Shown one piece after another: positions 53,650 through 64,000 of a DNA stretch of 64,000 bases. The notes under the pieces were generated by a model that made no database searches, was not told where the DNA came from, and saw only the letters and a list, made by a program, of their open reading frames with translations. The translations under genes were made by a program, and so were the position numbers. Source of the DNA: Camelus ferus. Lineage: Eukaryota. Each line of letters starts with the position of its first letter. The stretch's first letter is position 1. Where the stretch lies: NCBI RefSeq assembly GCF_009834535.1, contig NC_045697.1, forward strand, positions 116,128,001 through 116,192,000, in the 5' to 3' direction.

Positions 53650-54047
53650 ATCTCTATTGCGTTTCCTCCCTGATCTTTGTTACTTTTTCCTTTTGCTAAC
53701 TTAAGGTTTTGTTTGTCCTTCTTTCTCTAATTCTTTTAAGTGGTCAATTTACTAAACAGAGACAGACTCACAGACAGAAAACACACCTATGGTTACCAAA
53801 GGGGAAAAGAGGGGAGGGACAAACTGGGAGTTTGGGATTAACAGACGCAAACCACTGTATATAAAGCAAATAAACAGCAAGTTTCCACTGCACAGCACAG
53901 GGAACTAGATTCAGTATCTTGTAATCATCTAGAATGAGAAAGGATATGAAAATGAATATATACATGTTTAACTGAATCACTACATGGTACACCAGAAACT
54001 AACGCAACATTGTAAACCAACTACATTTCAATAAAAAATAAAAAAAG
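53650..54047 (+). mobile_element. Composite L1 fragment: about 95 bp of antisense ORF2 joined to about 300 bp of sense 3' end
   Basis: The minus strand of 53660-53744 reads HLKELEKEGQTKP*VSKRKKVTKIREE (L1 ORF2-like). 53750-54047 is homologous to 47610-47910 and ends aataaaaataaaaaa. Confidence 0.8.
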
Positions 54048-55175
54048 AACCGCCACCACCAAACCGGCAGCAAGGCGCCTCTCCATCGGGGGCCGGCCGA
54101 CCTGACCTGAGGGGCGCCGAGGACAAGGAGGCCTGGCCCCGCGCTGCACCCCGGCCTTCCTCACTGCCGCCCGGGCCCAGCCCGGCCCCCTGGGCGTCCC
54201 CTAGAACAACAGAAACCACCTCTCCCGGCTCACTCGCTCTTCCTACAGAAACGCGTGCACATCTTCAGAGCACTGTCCTACCACGTCCCTGGCCCGTTCA
54301 GGAGGACTCATCAGGGCTATACTTTCACATTCTGATGAGAGTGAGGTTACAGGAGGTGGGGCAGGAGGGGCGCAGGCCACCACACTTTAATTAATGTAGT
54401 CAATTTAAAAAAAATACTTATCTAGTAATTTTAAATAAAGATATGAAATCAGTTAAGATTTTAAAAAGCCTTTAATCAAAATAAACATACTTAACTGTGA
54501 AAAGCGCACATTTGGGGGAGAACAACTGAAACTGGGGGTCTCTGGAGCACCAGGACCCCTGCAGAGGCAGCCAGGCCAGTGCACGGCGCCCCGCCCCGCC
54601 CACCAGACCCAGTCTGCAGGGTCTGGAGAAAAGACCCAGGCATCAGGGTCAAGCGTGCCAACGCTGGGGACGAGGGCCCTCCGTAGCAGTCAGCACAGGG
54701 GATCCGAGTCCCGGGGAGGGCAGCCCCGATGGCTGGAGGGGGCCCTGCACACGGCCTGGCAGCAGACAGACAGGCGGCCGCCCGCCCCGCTCCCCGCTCC
54801 CGGCTCCCGGCTCCAAGTCCCCTGGCCCCAGGGACCGCTCCCTGCCTCTCTGCAGACTAGAGTGAAGCCCGTCACAGACGCAGGTCTATTCCTGACCAAC
54901 GCACGGGTGCTCCCTGACCTGGTGTGGTCATGTCACATGTGCAAAATACAAAGAAGTAAACGGAGAGACTCAGTCCCCCCACCTTTCCTCTGTCCTCCCC
55001 CTTAAGAGGCTGGAACTGGGGCTACAACATTCAACAGTCCTTTCTTAAAGATCTCCATGCCAGCAGCCGAGGTGCGGCCCCGCTCTGTCAGAAGAGGAGA
55101 GAGGCAGAGAGAGGAATTCCACAGAAGGACGGCCAGCTTCGTGGAAGAGGGACCACAGAAACGTGTGTACAGTAC

Positions 55176-55259
55176 CTGCTGCGTGGAAGAAACATGGACT
55201 CCTTAATGAACACGGAACCAGAGAGTAGGATATACCAGCAGGTCCCAATATCATCAGGG
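55176..55259 (-). CDS. RAPGEF2: RAPGEF2 long-isoform internal exon, 84 nt, phase 2-2; part of the N-terminal cNMP-binding-like domain
   Basis: Minus strand ttttctttcag|C CCT GAT GAT ATT GGG ACC TGC TGG ... CGC AGC AG|gtactg encodes (Y)PDDIGTCWYILLSGSVFIKESMFLPRS(S). Confidence 0.95.
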
Positions 55260-56094
55260 CTGAAAGAAAAGACAATAAAATTAGGCGGTTATCTCTAATG
55301 AAAAAAATAAAAATTAAAAACATACATAGCACCAAGTATAGTACCCATGCTATTCCTAGAATCCTGAAAAACAATGAATGGCATAACACAGGCACATAAA
55401 ATATCATTATTTAGCTATTGGAGTCCGTTTTTTAATACCCAAATAAGCTAAATGTATTTATCAGCATACTTAAATGTTTTAAATGTTCCTCAGACCTATA
55501 GCACTTTATTTTGTTTTTCATAAGTTTTATTTTTTCATCTAATCTTTTCAGTCTGAAAAGACTTTCCCTTGCTTCATAAAACAAAAAACACAAAGAGGCC
55601 AACAGTGAGACTCAGCTCCCCCGCTTTCCCTGTCCACCACGCTCCCACGTCCCTGCACCAGATGTGCTGGAATTCTTTCAGAATTTCCTTACACACACGT
55701 ACACAAAAATTGGCCCATTCTTATGCCCTCCTCCACCTTTTTTTCCATTTTACAGCACAGACAGCATGCTGTACAGTGTTCTTCCCTTTGTGCTCTTAGA
55801 GGCCTTCTCATCAGAAGATGGCTTTCTTGTTCAGTCCAGACATGCCTTGCTGGACTGAAGCAGCCCCCTCCTGCTGCCATTTCAGTGGGTTTAATGTATG
55901 CAGTTAAAAGAAAATTCAGACTGTAATGAGTGATCTTGTACCTCCAGCAGTAACTGTGATGAGTAACCAGAAGTCCAGCTGGGGGGTGAAAGGCCACACC
56001 CTCGTGACCCTGATAAACACAGTCAGGGGTCCTCCCCAGGCGGTGCACCCCAGAGGCTCCTGGCCTCCCGCAGCCCTCCTGGGGGAGTCTGCCT

Positions 56095-56370
56095 ATTTGT
56101 CTAACAAACGTTTAACACCTCACAGTGAGGGCTGTTCCAGGTGACCTTAGGACACCTCACAAAACAACAACAACAAAGATCCCTGACCTCATGGAGCTTA
56201 TATCCTGGGGGGACAATACACACAACAGACAATAAAAAAAAATACATCAGTAAATTACAAGTCCATGCTCTGGGGCGTAAATTAGTGGAGGGCAAGGAAA
56301 ACAGGGGTGGGCGATACAATTTTAAATGCATGGTCAGGACGAGTCTCACTGAAAGAAGAGCCTGTCTGAG
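56095..56370. mobile_element. L2 relic
   Basis: aaagatccctgacctcatggagcttatatcctggggg and atggtcaggacgagtctcactga are typical L2 3' phrases. Confidence 0.65.
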
Positions 56371-57999
56371 CAGAGGAGTGGGGCCCCTGGCCCGGGGCAG
56401 GGGGGTGAGTGCAGGGGCCCAGGCGGGCGGCGCTGGGCAGGGCGGCCAGGGAGCAGCTGGAGACTGGCTGTCATGACCTTCACACACCTAGGATTGACAC
56501 TGAGATCTAAGCCTGTCTGGTGGTTGTCCGGCTTCCACATACATGCACATGAGCCGGGACGCTCCCTTCAAGTGCCTGTCCCAGGCTCTACCCATCCCAC
56601 CCGGCCCCAGTGTCTGACCACTGCTGGGAGAGCCGTCACAGCGCCTTTAAACAAATATCCCCGGTCGTTCTTATCCCTGCACTTGTCAGGCTGAACAACC
56701 TTGAGAAAAACTATCTCGGGATCAAGCCCAAATGAGAACAAAAGGCAGGGAAAAGTGACAGCCCTGTCACTGCCCATGTCACGAGTTTTGTGGGTCTTAT
56801 TCACCAATATTACTTTAATTTTTCTCAAATAGTTGTTTTATGTCATTCAACTATGCGCTAAGGAGTCCCGTCAAGGGCTGCTGAGATGCCTAAAGCTAGG
56901 AATCTTGGGATGACCATGACTGAGCATGTCCTGGTAACCGAGTCTTCCAGCACCAGTAACAGGCAGAGGGAAAACCCTGAAGACGACAGAGGCGCGTGCA
57001 GGAAGGAAGACCTCTGCAGGTCCCTCCATCACCCGGCCAGACGCTCAGAGAAGCCCTGCAACTTCCAGATGGAGTTGGAGAGAGAGAGCCACAAGGGCAG
57101 GCCGGGTCCCAGCCCCCACGCTGCACCCCGCCACCGGGAAGCCACGGAGCCCTGCCTGCGACAAGCACTGAGGAAAGGGAAGACAGCCAAGCAAAACAAA
57201 ACAAAATGAGACAGGCCAGCAAAAACGATCAGCTCGCCTTCAGTGAGACCTGAGAGAAGGACCCGGAGCAGTCGTGCTGGACCGGCCCCTCCTCCAGGCC
57301 CACTGGGATGGCAGGTCTGGAATGGGATGGGGGTGGGGGCACACCCCCCGCCCCACTCTTTCCCACCTTACCTCCTGCTGCCCTCAGCACAAGCCCCGCT
57401 GCTGTGGGGGGCTCCTGTCTGTGACCCGCCGCCTGGTCCTCTTCACCTCCTAAGTCAGCCTTCCTCTGCGGGATCTCATTCATTCCAGGATGCATTCCCC
57501 ACCCACTTGTCCTATGTTGTCCTTCCCTACCTCAGTCCCACTCCCAAGCTCCCTGTTCCCCACCTTCCCCCACTGGAGCTCCTTCAGGCATCGTGGACAC
57601 AGGGCAGGTTGTCAGTCGGCGTTTACTCAGGTAAATGAGACCAGGACCTGCTTCCTCTTGTGACCCAGGTTCCCTGGGAGGAGGAAGCCCAGCCCCTCGG
57701 TGCAGCCCCCAGGAGAAGTAGGATGGAGCCAGGCAGAGAGCACGGGCTTGGGGACACACATCCTGCCCCAGCCACCATCATCCCGGCAAAGGGAGCTTTG
57801 GGGTCCAGCTCCACAGCTGCACATGGGGATATCAGGCCTCCTTCACAACTTTGATCTAATGAAACAATATCCATCAAGGCCCTTGCAAAACAAGCGCATA
57901 AAAAACAAAGGCTCTCCTCCTCCCTTTTCCTCCCTGCAGGAACCAACCTACGACCTCACTTTATGCTCCCGACCCAACACAGCCGAGGTGACAACTGTC

Positions 58000-58362
58000 A
58001 TGCTGTCCAGCCATACTGTGCTCTCCCCTCCCCTGTGCCTCAGGACCTTTGAACAAACCCGCTGGCCCAGTCTCACGGAGTGCCTTTGCCTAGTAAACGC
58101 ATTACTCACCCTTTGAAGCCCAGGTCAACTACTACTTCCTCTGAGAAACGATTTAACATCTTCTCAATAAAGTGAGTCATCCTCCTCCTGGGTCCCCAGG
58201 GCACTCTGTACTTGGTCCCATGACGCAGCTGCCAGGGTGTTGTAATCACTTCAGAAGTTTTCCCCCATTAGCTTTCAAACTCTTCTAACTCATCAGAATC
58301 TCTCATACACACACCATATAACGCTCGACTGGCACTCAGATATTTCATCAATAAATGAACTA
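58000..58362. mobile_element. L2 relic, opposite orientation to 56095-56370
   Basis: cctcaggacctttgaaca..., agcccaggtcaactactacttcctctgagaa and the end ggcactcagatatttcatcaataaatgaa. Confidence 0.5.
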
Positions 58363-58769
58363 ACAGTTGATTATACACCAACTCGGAGACAGTATTAAAG
58401 TGTCTGAAAGTCAAAGACGTGAGCTTCAACTTAGCAGGAACTGGGAAAATGAAGCCGGGCTCGGCGACTGTCCCGAGCAATACCCTGGATGCCCACGGGG
58501 TGGCGGTGTCTGCACGCTGAAGCGCTGCAGGTCCGCCACATTCCGGCTCAGAGGGGAGGGGGCTCACACGTGGGACCACGCTGGGTCGGCAAGGGGGCTG
58601 GGAGAGTAAATCCAAGGAGACAGGTTAAACCAGTACCGGTGATCATTAGACGGCAAAGAAATGACCTGGGGGAAAGCTATTTCATTCAGTTGTTGATACA
58701 CTGAAAACTCCAAGGCTGCAGGAAGGGGCAGGAAGGGGCAGGAGGGAGCAGGAGAAAGGCTGTCACAGA

Positions 58770-59610
58770 AGCCGAGGGGCAGCGGCTGCGGCCACGCGCA
58801 CTGACCCCGCGGACACCGGGCTGAAAGCCCGCCCGCCGCCAGCCGCCCGCGGACCCCTCACCGAGGTCTGTGCATTTGTGTTTGGGGAGGAAGGTGTCAA
58901 CCAAGGGAACTGCAGGGATGGTACCCAGACAACGACAAACCATCCGGGACCAGAGGTCCGGGCACGGAGGGGCCGGTCCGGGAAGGGACCCCTCCCGCGG
59001 GCGCGGACGGAGGGCGGCGGGTGGGGCGCGGGGCCCGTCCGCGCCGCATGCTGACGGCAGTACCCGGGATCCCACGCGGATGCGCAGACGGCTCCGCGAA
59101 CACGAGTGGGCGCTGGGGCAGGAAGGTCCGGAAACGGGAGAGGAAGCCGCGCAAGGGGAGGGGGGAGGTCAGGTACGACGGAACACCGGCTTTTCCGGCG
59201 TGTTCGGAAGAGAGGCTGCCTTCTCCCGCCCAGGATGCTCGCCGTGCGCACCCGGGGAGCGGGACTGCTGGCTCCACGTCTGGACCTAGGACACCAGAAC
59301 GGGAAGTAAGTGAAGGCCATCAAAGTCCCAGTAAGTAGGCGGAGACGGCCAGCGAGGAACCCCGGAGGGCCAAGCACCGGTGACCTGGCTAGAAACACAC
59401 CTGTCCTTTCCCTCCGTCTGCGGTCCCGGCAGCCTCACCCAAGGAGAACGCCGGGAAGCAGGGGTCTCCCCGAATCTTCTGCGTCTCCACCCACCGCGTT
59501 CCGGGGGCTCCCCTCCCAGGCAGGCCTCTCCTAGCCGGAGCCCCTGCTCCAGTCCAGGGCCGCGGTCCCCGCCCCCGTGCTGTTACTACACACTTCCGAC
59601 CCGCGCAGAC
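58770..59610. other. Intronic CpG island-like region
   Basis: About 850 bp with very high GC and CpG, and GC-box-like ggggcgcggg/gggcggcggg motifs. Overlapping ORFs in all frames show no homology I recognise. Confidence 0.75.
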
Positions 59611-60801
59611 GCCTACTCTCAAGTACACGACTATGCCAACAGCCAAGTAGGAATAACTTTACAGGTGACCCTCCACCCTTTCGTGGGAGTCGGCAGCTGG
59701 GTCTCCACGTGGACTGGCGAGCCCCTTGGACAGAAACCCGGCCAGCCCTCTGCCCGCGGTAACAGCTCCTGCTGCTGGCTGAGGGGGACTTCCTAGGAAC
59801 AGAGTGTCCCAGGGCTGAAAACAGAAGTTCCAACAGCCGCCACCTTCCCATATACAGATGGCTTTCCTCTTTTTCACAAATACATTCCATCACTCCTGTT
59901 ACTGGATTTATCAAAAAGTTTACTAATTCTTTTCTGCTCCTCTGGTGGGTCTCTAAGCTTTAAGCTCAAAGACAAAATACGTATTATGTATTTTTGTAAG
60001 GCCAACGGCACAAAGCGAGCTCCCGGGAAAAGCTACTGCAATGGCGGCCTAGCGCAGGGCCCTAACGATGCCAGGTCAAGGTCGAAAAAAGGCCAGGTGC
60101 AGGTGCCAGTTTTACTTGGGCATAAAGTGTGGGACATATTTTAGAAGGAGCTCTACCAAGAGTTAAAGTTTACATTTCTAACCTACAGAACAGCAATACT
60201 GCATGAGGAAAGTATACACTTCATAATAATTATTTATACAGAAGTACATAATCAAATTCCCACACGTATGAAAACACATTTTAAAAGTAGAGGGTAACTT
60301 TTTTGTTCTAGTTCCTGAAAGTTTTAAATTATAAGGAAGTTACTTCACTTTAATTCTTCAAAACTCTGAAGGAAAAAAAGTGCTAGTTCAACATTAGGTT
60401 TTTAAGAAAATTCTGCTCTCTTCTTGATACCAATTCAATTTCAGGGGCTTGAAACCAGCAAATAGGGTAAATCCGTAACATCCATAAGGACCCTGAAAGC
60501 TGATGGAAATATTAAGGCTCTTTTAGCTTTATTTTGAAAATATTTTATTTGAAATGTATTAAAATAAAGCATTTTGAAAGTATTTTTATTTTTGAAAAAT
60601 ACTATGTTTTGAAAGTTTGGAGGATTTTTTTTTATTCATAATTCACTTAACAAGCAGAATGAATAATATAAACTACTGAAAACTAGTAAAGACGAAAGTT
60701 CTGCAGGCTCCCTGTGCAGTCACTCTTAAATTTATAAAATCCATTTGAAACAGGAAATGAAGGAATAATATCTTGTGAGTTACAAAGTTATTCAATAAAC
60801 C

Positions 60802-60890
60802 CTTTTTTTTTTTAAAATAGAGGCACTGGGGATTGATCCCAGGACCTCACGCATGCTAAGCACACACTACCGCTGAGCTATACCCTCCCC
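60802..60890 (-). mobile_element. Camelid tRNA-derived SINE (short)
   Basis: Poly-T, then gaggcactggggattgatcccaggacctcacgcatgctaagc...gctgagctataccctcccc. Confidence 0.9.
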
Positions 60891-63339
60891 TAATACTCTT
60901 TAGCATAATTCCTCAATGAGTGACTCAGCTGCACTGAGGGCAGAGGCTATGTATCCAAGGGTTTGAAGAACAATTTATCAAATTTATAAGAGCAGCCAAA
61001 GTCAACTCTTTTGAAAACTACCAAAATTAATTTACAAATCTGCATCTTTCAGAGTTACACACTGCAATTTCACTTTCACGACAAACCTCTTTTCATCTAG
61101 AGAAAACTGGCGTCCAGAAATGCTAAGGAAAACTTGCAGCTGTCAGATACCAAATTCAAACCAAATCTGCCCAGCCCAGCGACAAGGGCCCCGGGCCAGT
61201 TCACCTTGAGCCAGTCACCAGAAAGCACAGGAAGTAGTAAGTCTTATCTGTTGACAACGCATTACTTTAAACAGCTATATTTAAGAGGAGTTAGAGGTTT
61301 TTATTTGCTAAGTAGTTTCACGGAAAATCGACACAAAGAACCTCACACCGAAGGTGCAGTCCGCTGTTTTATCAGGAAGTTAGACCATCATGAAGGCCGT
61401 GATCTGCTCACCTAGCAAAGGAGGAGCTCCCTTTGAAATAAGCACAAAAAATAACAGAGAAGACCAGGTGCACGTTCCTGTGCCAACGTCATGACAAATG
61501 TAAATCTGAAACGCAAACACAGTCCCGGCCCGGGTGGGGTTTAGAGACTAAATACGGTTTTAAATCCCTTTATTTAACTACTCTTGTATTCGCCATGAAA
61601 AGAAAACATTTTCATTCAAAGACTTACAGTAAATATACAAGTATCATTATTGCCAAGAACCCCTGAAGTATCACCATAGGAGCACAAAGCAGCCTTCTGA
61701 AGTCAGTCTGCTTGTGGGTATGTGTGCGCACGGGTATGTGTTTGAATTTTCATGCTTCCATACAGGACACGTGGCTGAACATCCTTAACCTGCAAGTCTG
61801 TGCGAAGGCTAAGCCTTTACAGATACCACTCTTCCGAGTCAGTGAAAACCTCAGGATTTGCCTTTTCCTTATACACAGACCCAAGGAAAGTTACGGAAAC
61901 CGGACAAGAAGGACATTTCAAACAGTGGTAACACCCTGCTGGGGAAGAAAGGAAAAGAGGTTTGAGATACTTTCTTAAGCAACCTAGGTGATAGATGAGC
62001 ACTTTTGTAAGAATGTTCTAACAAGGTGTGTGTGGGAGGTGCGGGTGGGAAGGAAAAATAAAGAATAAATAAATGTTATAACGAGACTTTAGTGTAAAAT
62101 AAAATAAAAGTTTGGCCCCATCAGGAAGGAGGAAGCAGGACAACCATGGGATGAAAGAGCCAGAGGAAAACTTTGTAAGGATGGGAGACACTGGCAGAGT
62201 CACTATGTGAGGGAAAGGGGACAGGACATGGGAGAGGAGTAACACCGTGGAAGGGGCAGCTCTTTCCCCAGGAGGAGGAGGAGGCACCGGAGGGAAGCGT
62301 GGCCACAGGAAACCCGGGGAGTCTGAGAACCGAAGCAAAGTGGGGCAAGGCCGCTGGAGGAGGGGAGCATGGAGGGAGGCATAGAGGCGGGTCGCCCAGC
62401 AGAGAAGTGAGGACCGGGGACAGCTGTTATGCACAGGAAATCAAAGTCCCCGAGCGAGAAGCCCACCAGGCAGAGTGGGTGCTGCAGTGGGGCCTGGGGG
62501 CCACAGGTCGAAGGATGGAAACGAAAGGCCTGAGGAGGCTCAACAGACCTCAGTGTGGCTTTTTAAAATAAAGGAGCTACCTCCTGTCCTGCAGGGATGG
62601 GAGATAAGCCCCTTAACCAAGTGCTATGGAAACTGTTCCAGAACCAAAGCATCCCGCCCCACACATGTGTGGGGAACGGGCTGCGGTTCAGCCGGACACG
62701 TACTATAGTGTAGCTGCATGTGCGTGTGTGTGTGTGTGCACGCTCTAAAACCACAAGTCCAGTGGTTGAATTTCTGACCCAAAGGTTTCCAGCACTTTAA
62801 ATGCAACTATAGATGAAACTGAAATGGTGAGGATGGCTGGCCATTTAAGAAAAAGTAAAGAGAAAGGACAGACCTGTTAACCTCATTGCTTAAATTCTTG
62901 AAGAAAGAGCTCTCTGAATTAAAGTCCCTCTGGTTTGAAATGTCTATTATTCCACTTAGAACTTCCCAGCCAGCAACGCCCCTCCGCGAAGCAGACAACA
63001 AATGAAAGGCAGGCAGAGGTGCCTGGTGCTCTCCACGGTGTAAAATAAAGTTCAACTGATTTTATCTAACTCTCCAGTGTCAACAAATTCTAGGTTCTAC
63101 ATAGGCAATTCCAAACTCGAAAAAGTCAATTCTCTCAGAACCACATCTCTTCCTGGATCCCAATACAATTTAAAATGGCATTCTGTCATCCTGTGTAGGT
63201 TGAAACAGTAACACTGTGGGAGTTACAGTCACTGCCCTAACTCCTTTTAAAAAAAAAAAAAACGTTTCAAGCAGCTAGAAAAACTGGGAGAACAAAACAT
63301 AAATTACCAAAACAATGGATATGCACTGGCAGTGATGTG

Positions 63340-63470
63340 GGCAGCAGACATGTCTGTCCCTCAGCCTCACAGCTGCACGGAGGGGCGGGCGCTGTGACCA
63401 CTGCTTCCATTTTACAGGTGAGAAAAACGAGGTGCAGAGGTGGATCAAAGGAGAATTATATTCACCTGGT
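63340..63470. mobile_element. MIR relic
   Basis: MIR core ccattttacaggtgagaaaaacgaggtgcagagg. Confidence 0.7.
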
Positions 63471-64000
63471 GCAACTGTTAAAATCACAGGCTTAGAAGTC
63501 ACCAGCACACAACACAACAAGGAAAATGAATACTCATCTCTGGGCCGTAAAACCAAATTCTGAAGGTCTTTGATTTTCCGACTGCACTGCGTTCTCTGAG
63601 CTCCAGGGAGGACAGGAATAGACTGGCCATCTCCCCCAGGCGGTAACAACAACAGGTCCCCAGAGAGGGGTGGTGCTACTCCGCCATCACAGATTCATAC
63701 CCACCGCAAACACAAGCCGTGTCTGATTTTTCGGAAGTACACTCACACAGACTGCTAAGAGCAGAGACATGTCTGTTCAAGGATCACGGAGGAAGACTCT
63801 TCAATTAGCCTTCAACACAAGATTGGCCAAAGACTGGGAATCTGATTAAGTGAATCTATGATCCGTCTCTGGAAACTTCTGGTCTTACGAAACCACCATC
63901 TACGTGAAACGTAGACGTTTCACGGCTTACTGACATGGCCACCTAACTCTGATTAGTCACCAATGAGCAATTACTACAGTCAAGTCTAACTGCGGGCTGC

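Larger units (their letters stand above)
1..64000 (-). other. RAPGEF2: RAPGEF2 gene body (partial; upstream exons lie beyond 64000 and downstream exons beyond 1)
   Basis: Spliced minus-strand exons give PDDIGTCWYILLSGSVFIKESMFLPRSS-FGKRSAGSFRRGCECIVLEPSEMIV-VDYMDENEEYFQRQASHRQSRRRFRKINQKGERQTIIDTVDPYPVGKPPLPRGYHT-ECTKSQ. This matches the RAPGEF2 long-isoform N-terminus as I recall it; the paralog RAPGEF6 differs here. Confidence 0.96.

Noticed and set aside
58686..59914. Many overlapping ORFs up to 211 aa
   Set aside because: Expected from stop-codon scarcity in very GC-rich DNA; Pro/Arg/Gly-rich and no domain recognised.
6786..60890. tRNA-like A/B-box sequences as tRNA genes
   Set aside because: They have A-rich tails, TSDs and divergent bodies, so they are SINE copies.
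62657..62674. Perfect 18-bp palindrome ccccacacatgtgtgggg
   Set aside because: A palindrome with a 9-bp half-site is plausible by chance in 64 kb, and there is no supporting context.
1..64000. CRISPR array, prokaryotic operon or viral gene cassette
   Set aside because: No regularly spaced direct repeats and no long coding-dense ORFs; the content is explained by a mammalian gene plus interspersed repeats.

Overview
Mammalian genomic DNA, very probably camelid: it carries 14 copies of a tRNA-derived SINE of the camelid vic-1 type. The whole window lies inside the 5' half of RAPGEF2 (PDZ-GEF1, a Rap1/Rap2 GEF) on the minus strand. I read four internal exons of the long isoform directly, each with AG/GT boundaries and joining in frame: 55176-55259, 26081-26156, 23834-24001 and an 18-nt microexon at 21447-21464. 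Two alternative N-terminal coding exons follow: MAFLVRCYANCLQPWSSK at 2303-2356 and MKPLATPANHGVTGQQEKHS at 1384-1443. The rest is intron filled with SINEs, old and younger L1 fragments (one nested, one inverted composite), a Charlie-type hAT fossil, L2/MIR relics, CpG-rich patches and simple repeats. Almost all ORFs in the supplied track are spurious or decayed L1 ORF2. I found no CRISPR-like, microbial or clearly new multi-gene system. The most interesting signals are the regulation around the internal promoters (a possible hybrid first/internal exon, uORFs, an exonic X-box), the microexon, two intronic hairpins and inverted repeat pairs. Gene and repeat family names come from recall, not database searches, and repeat boundaries are approximate.
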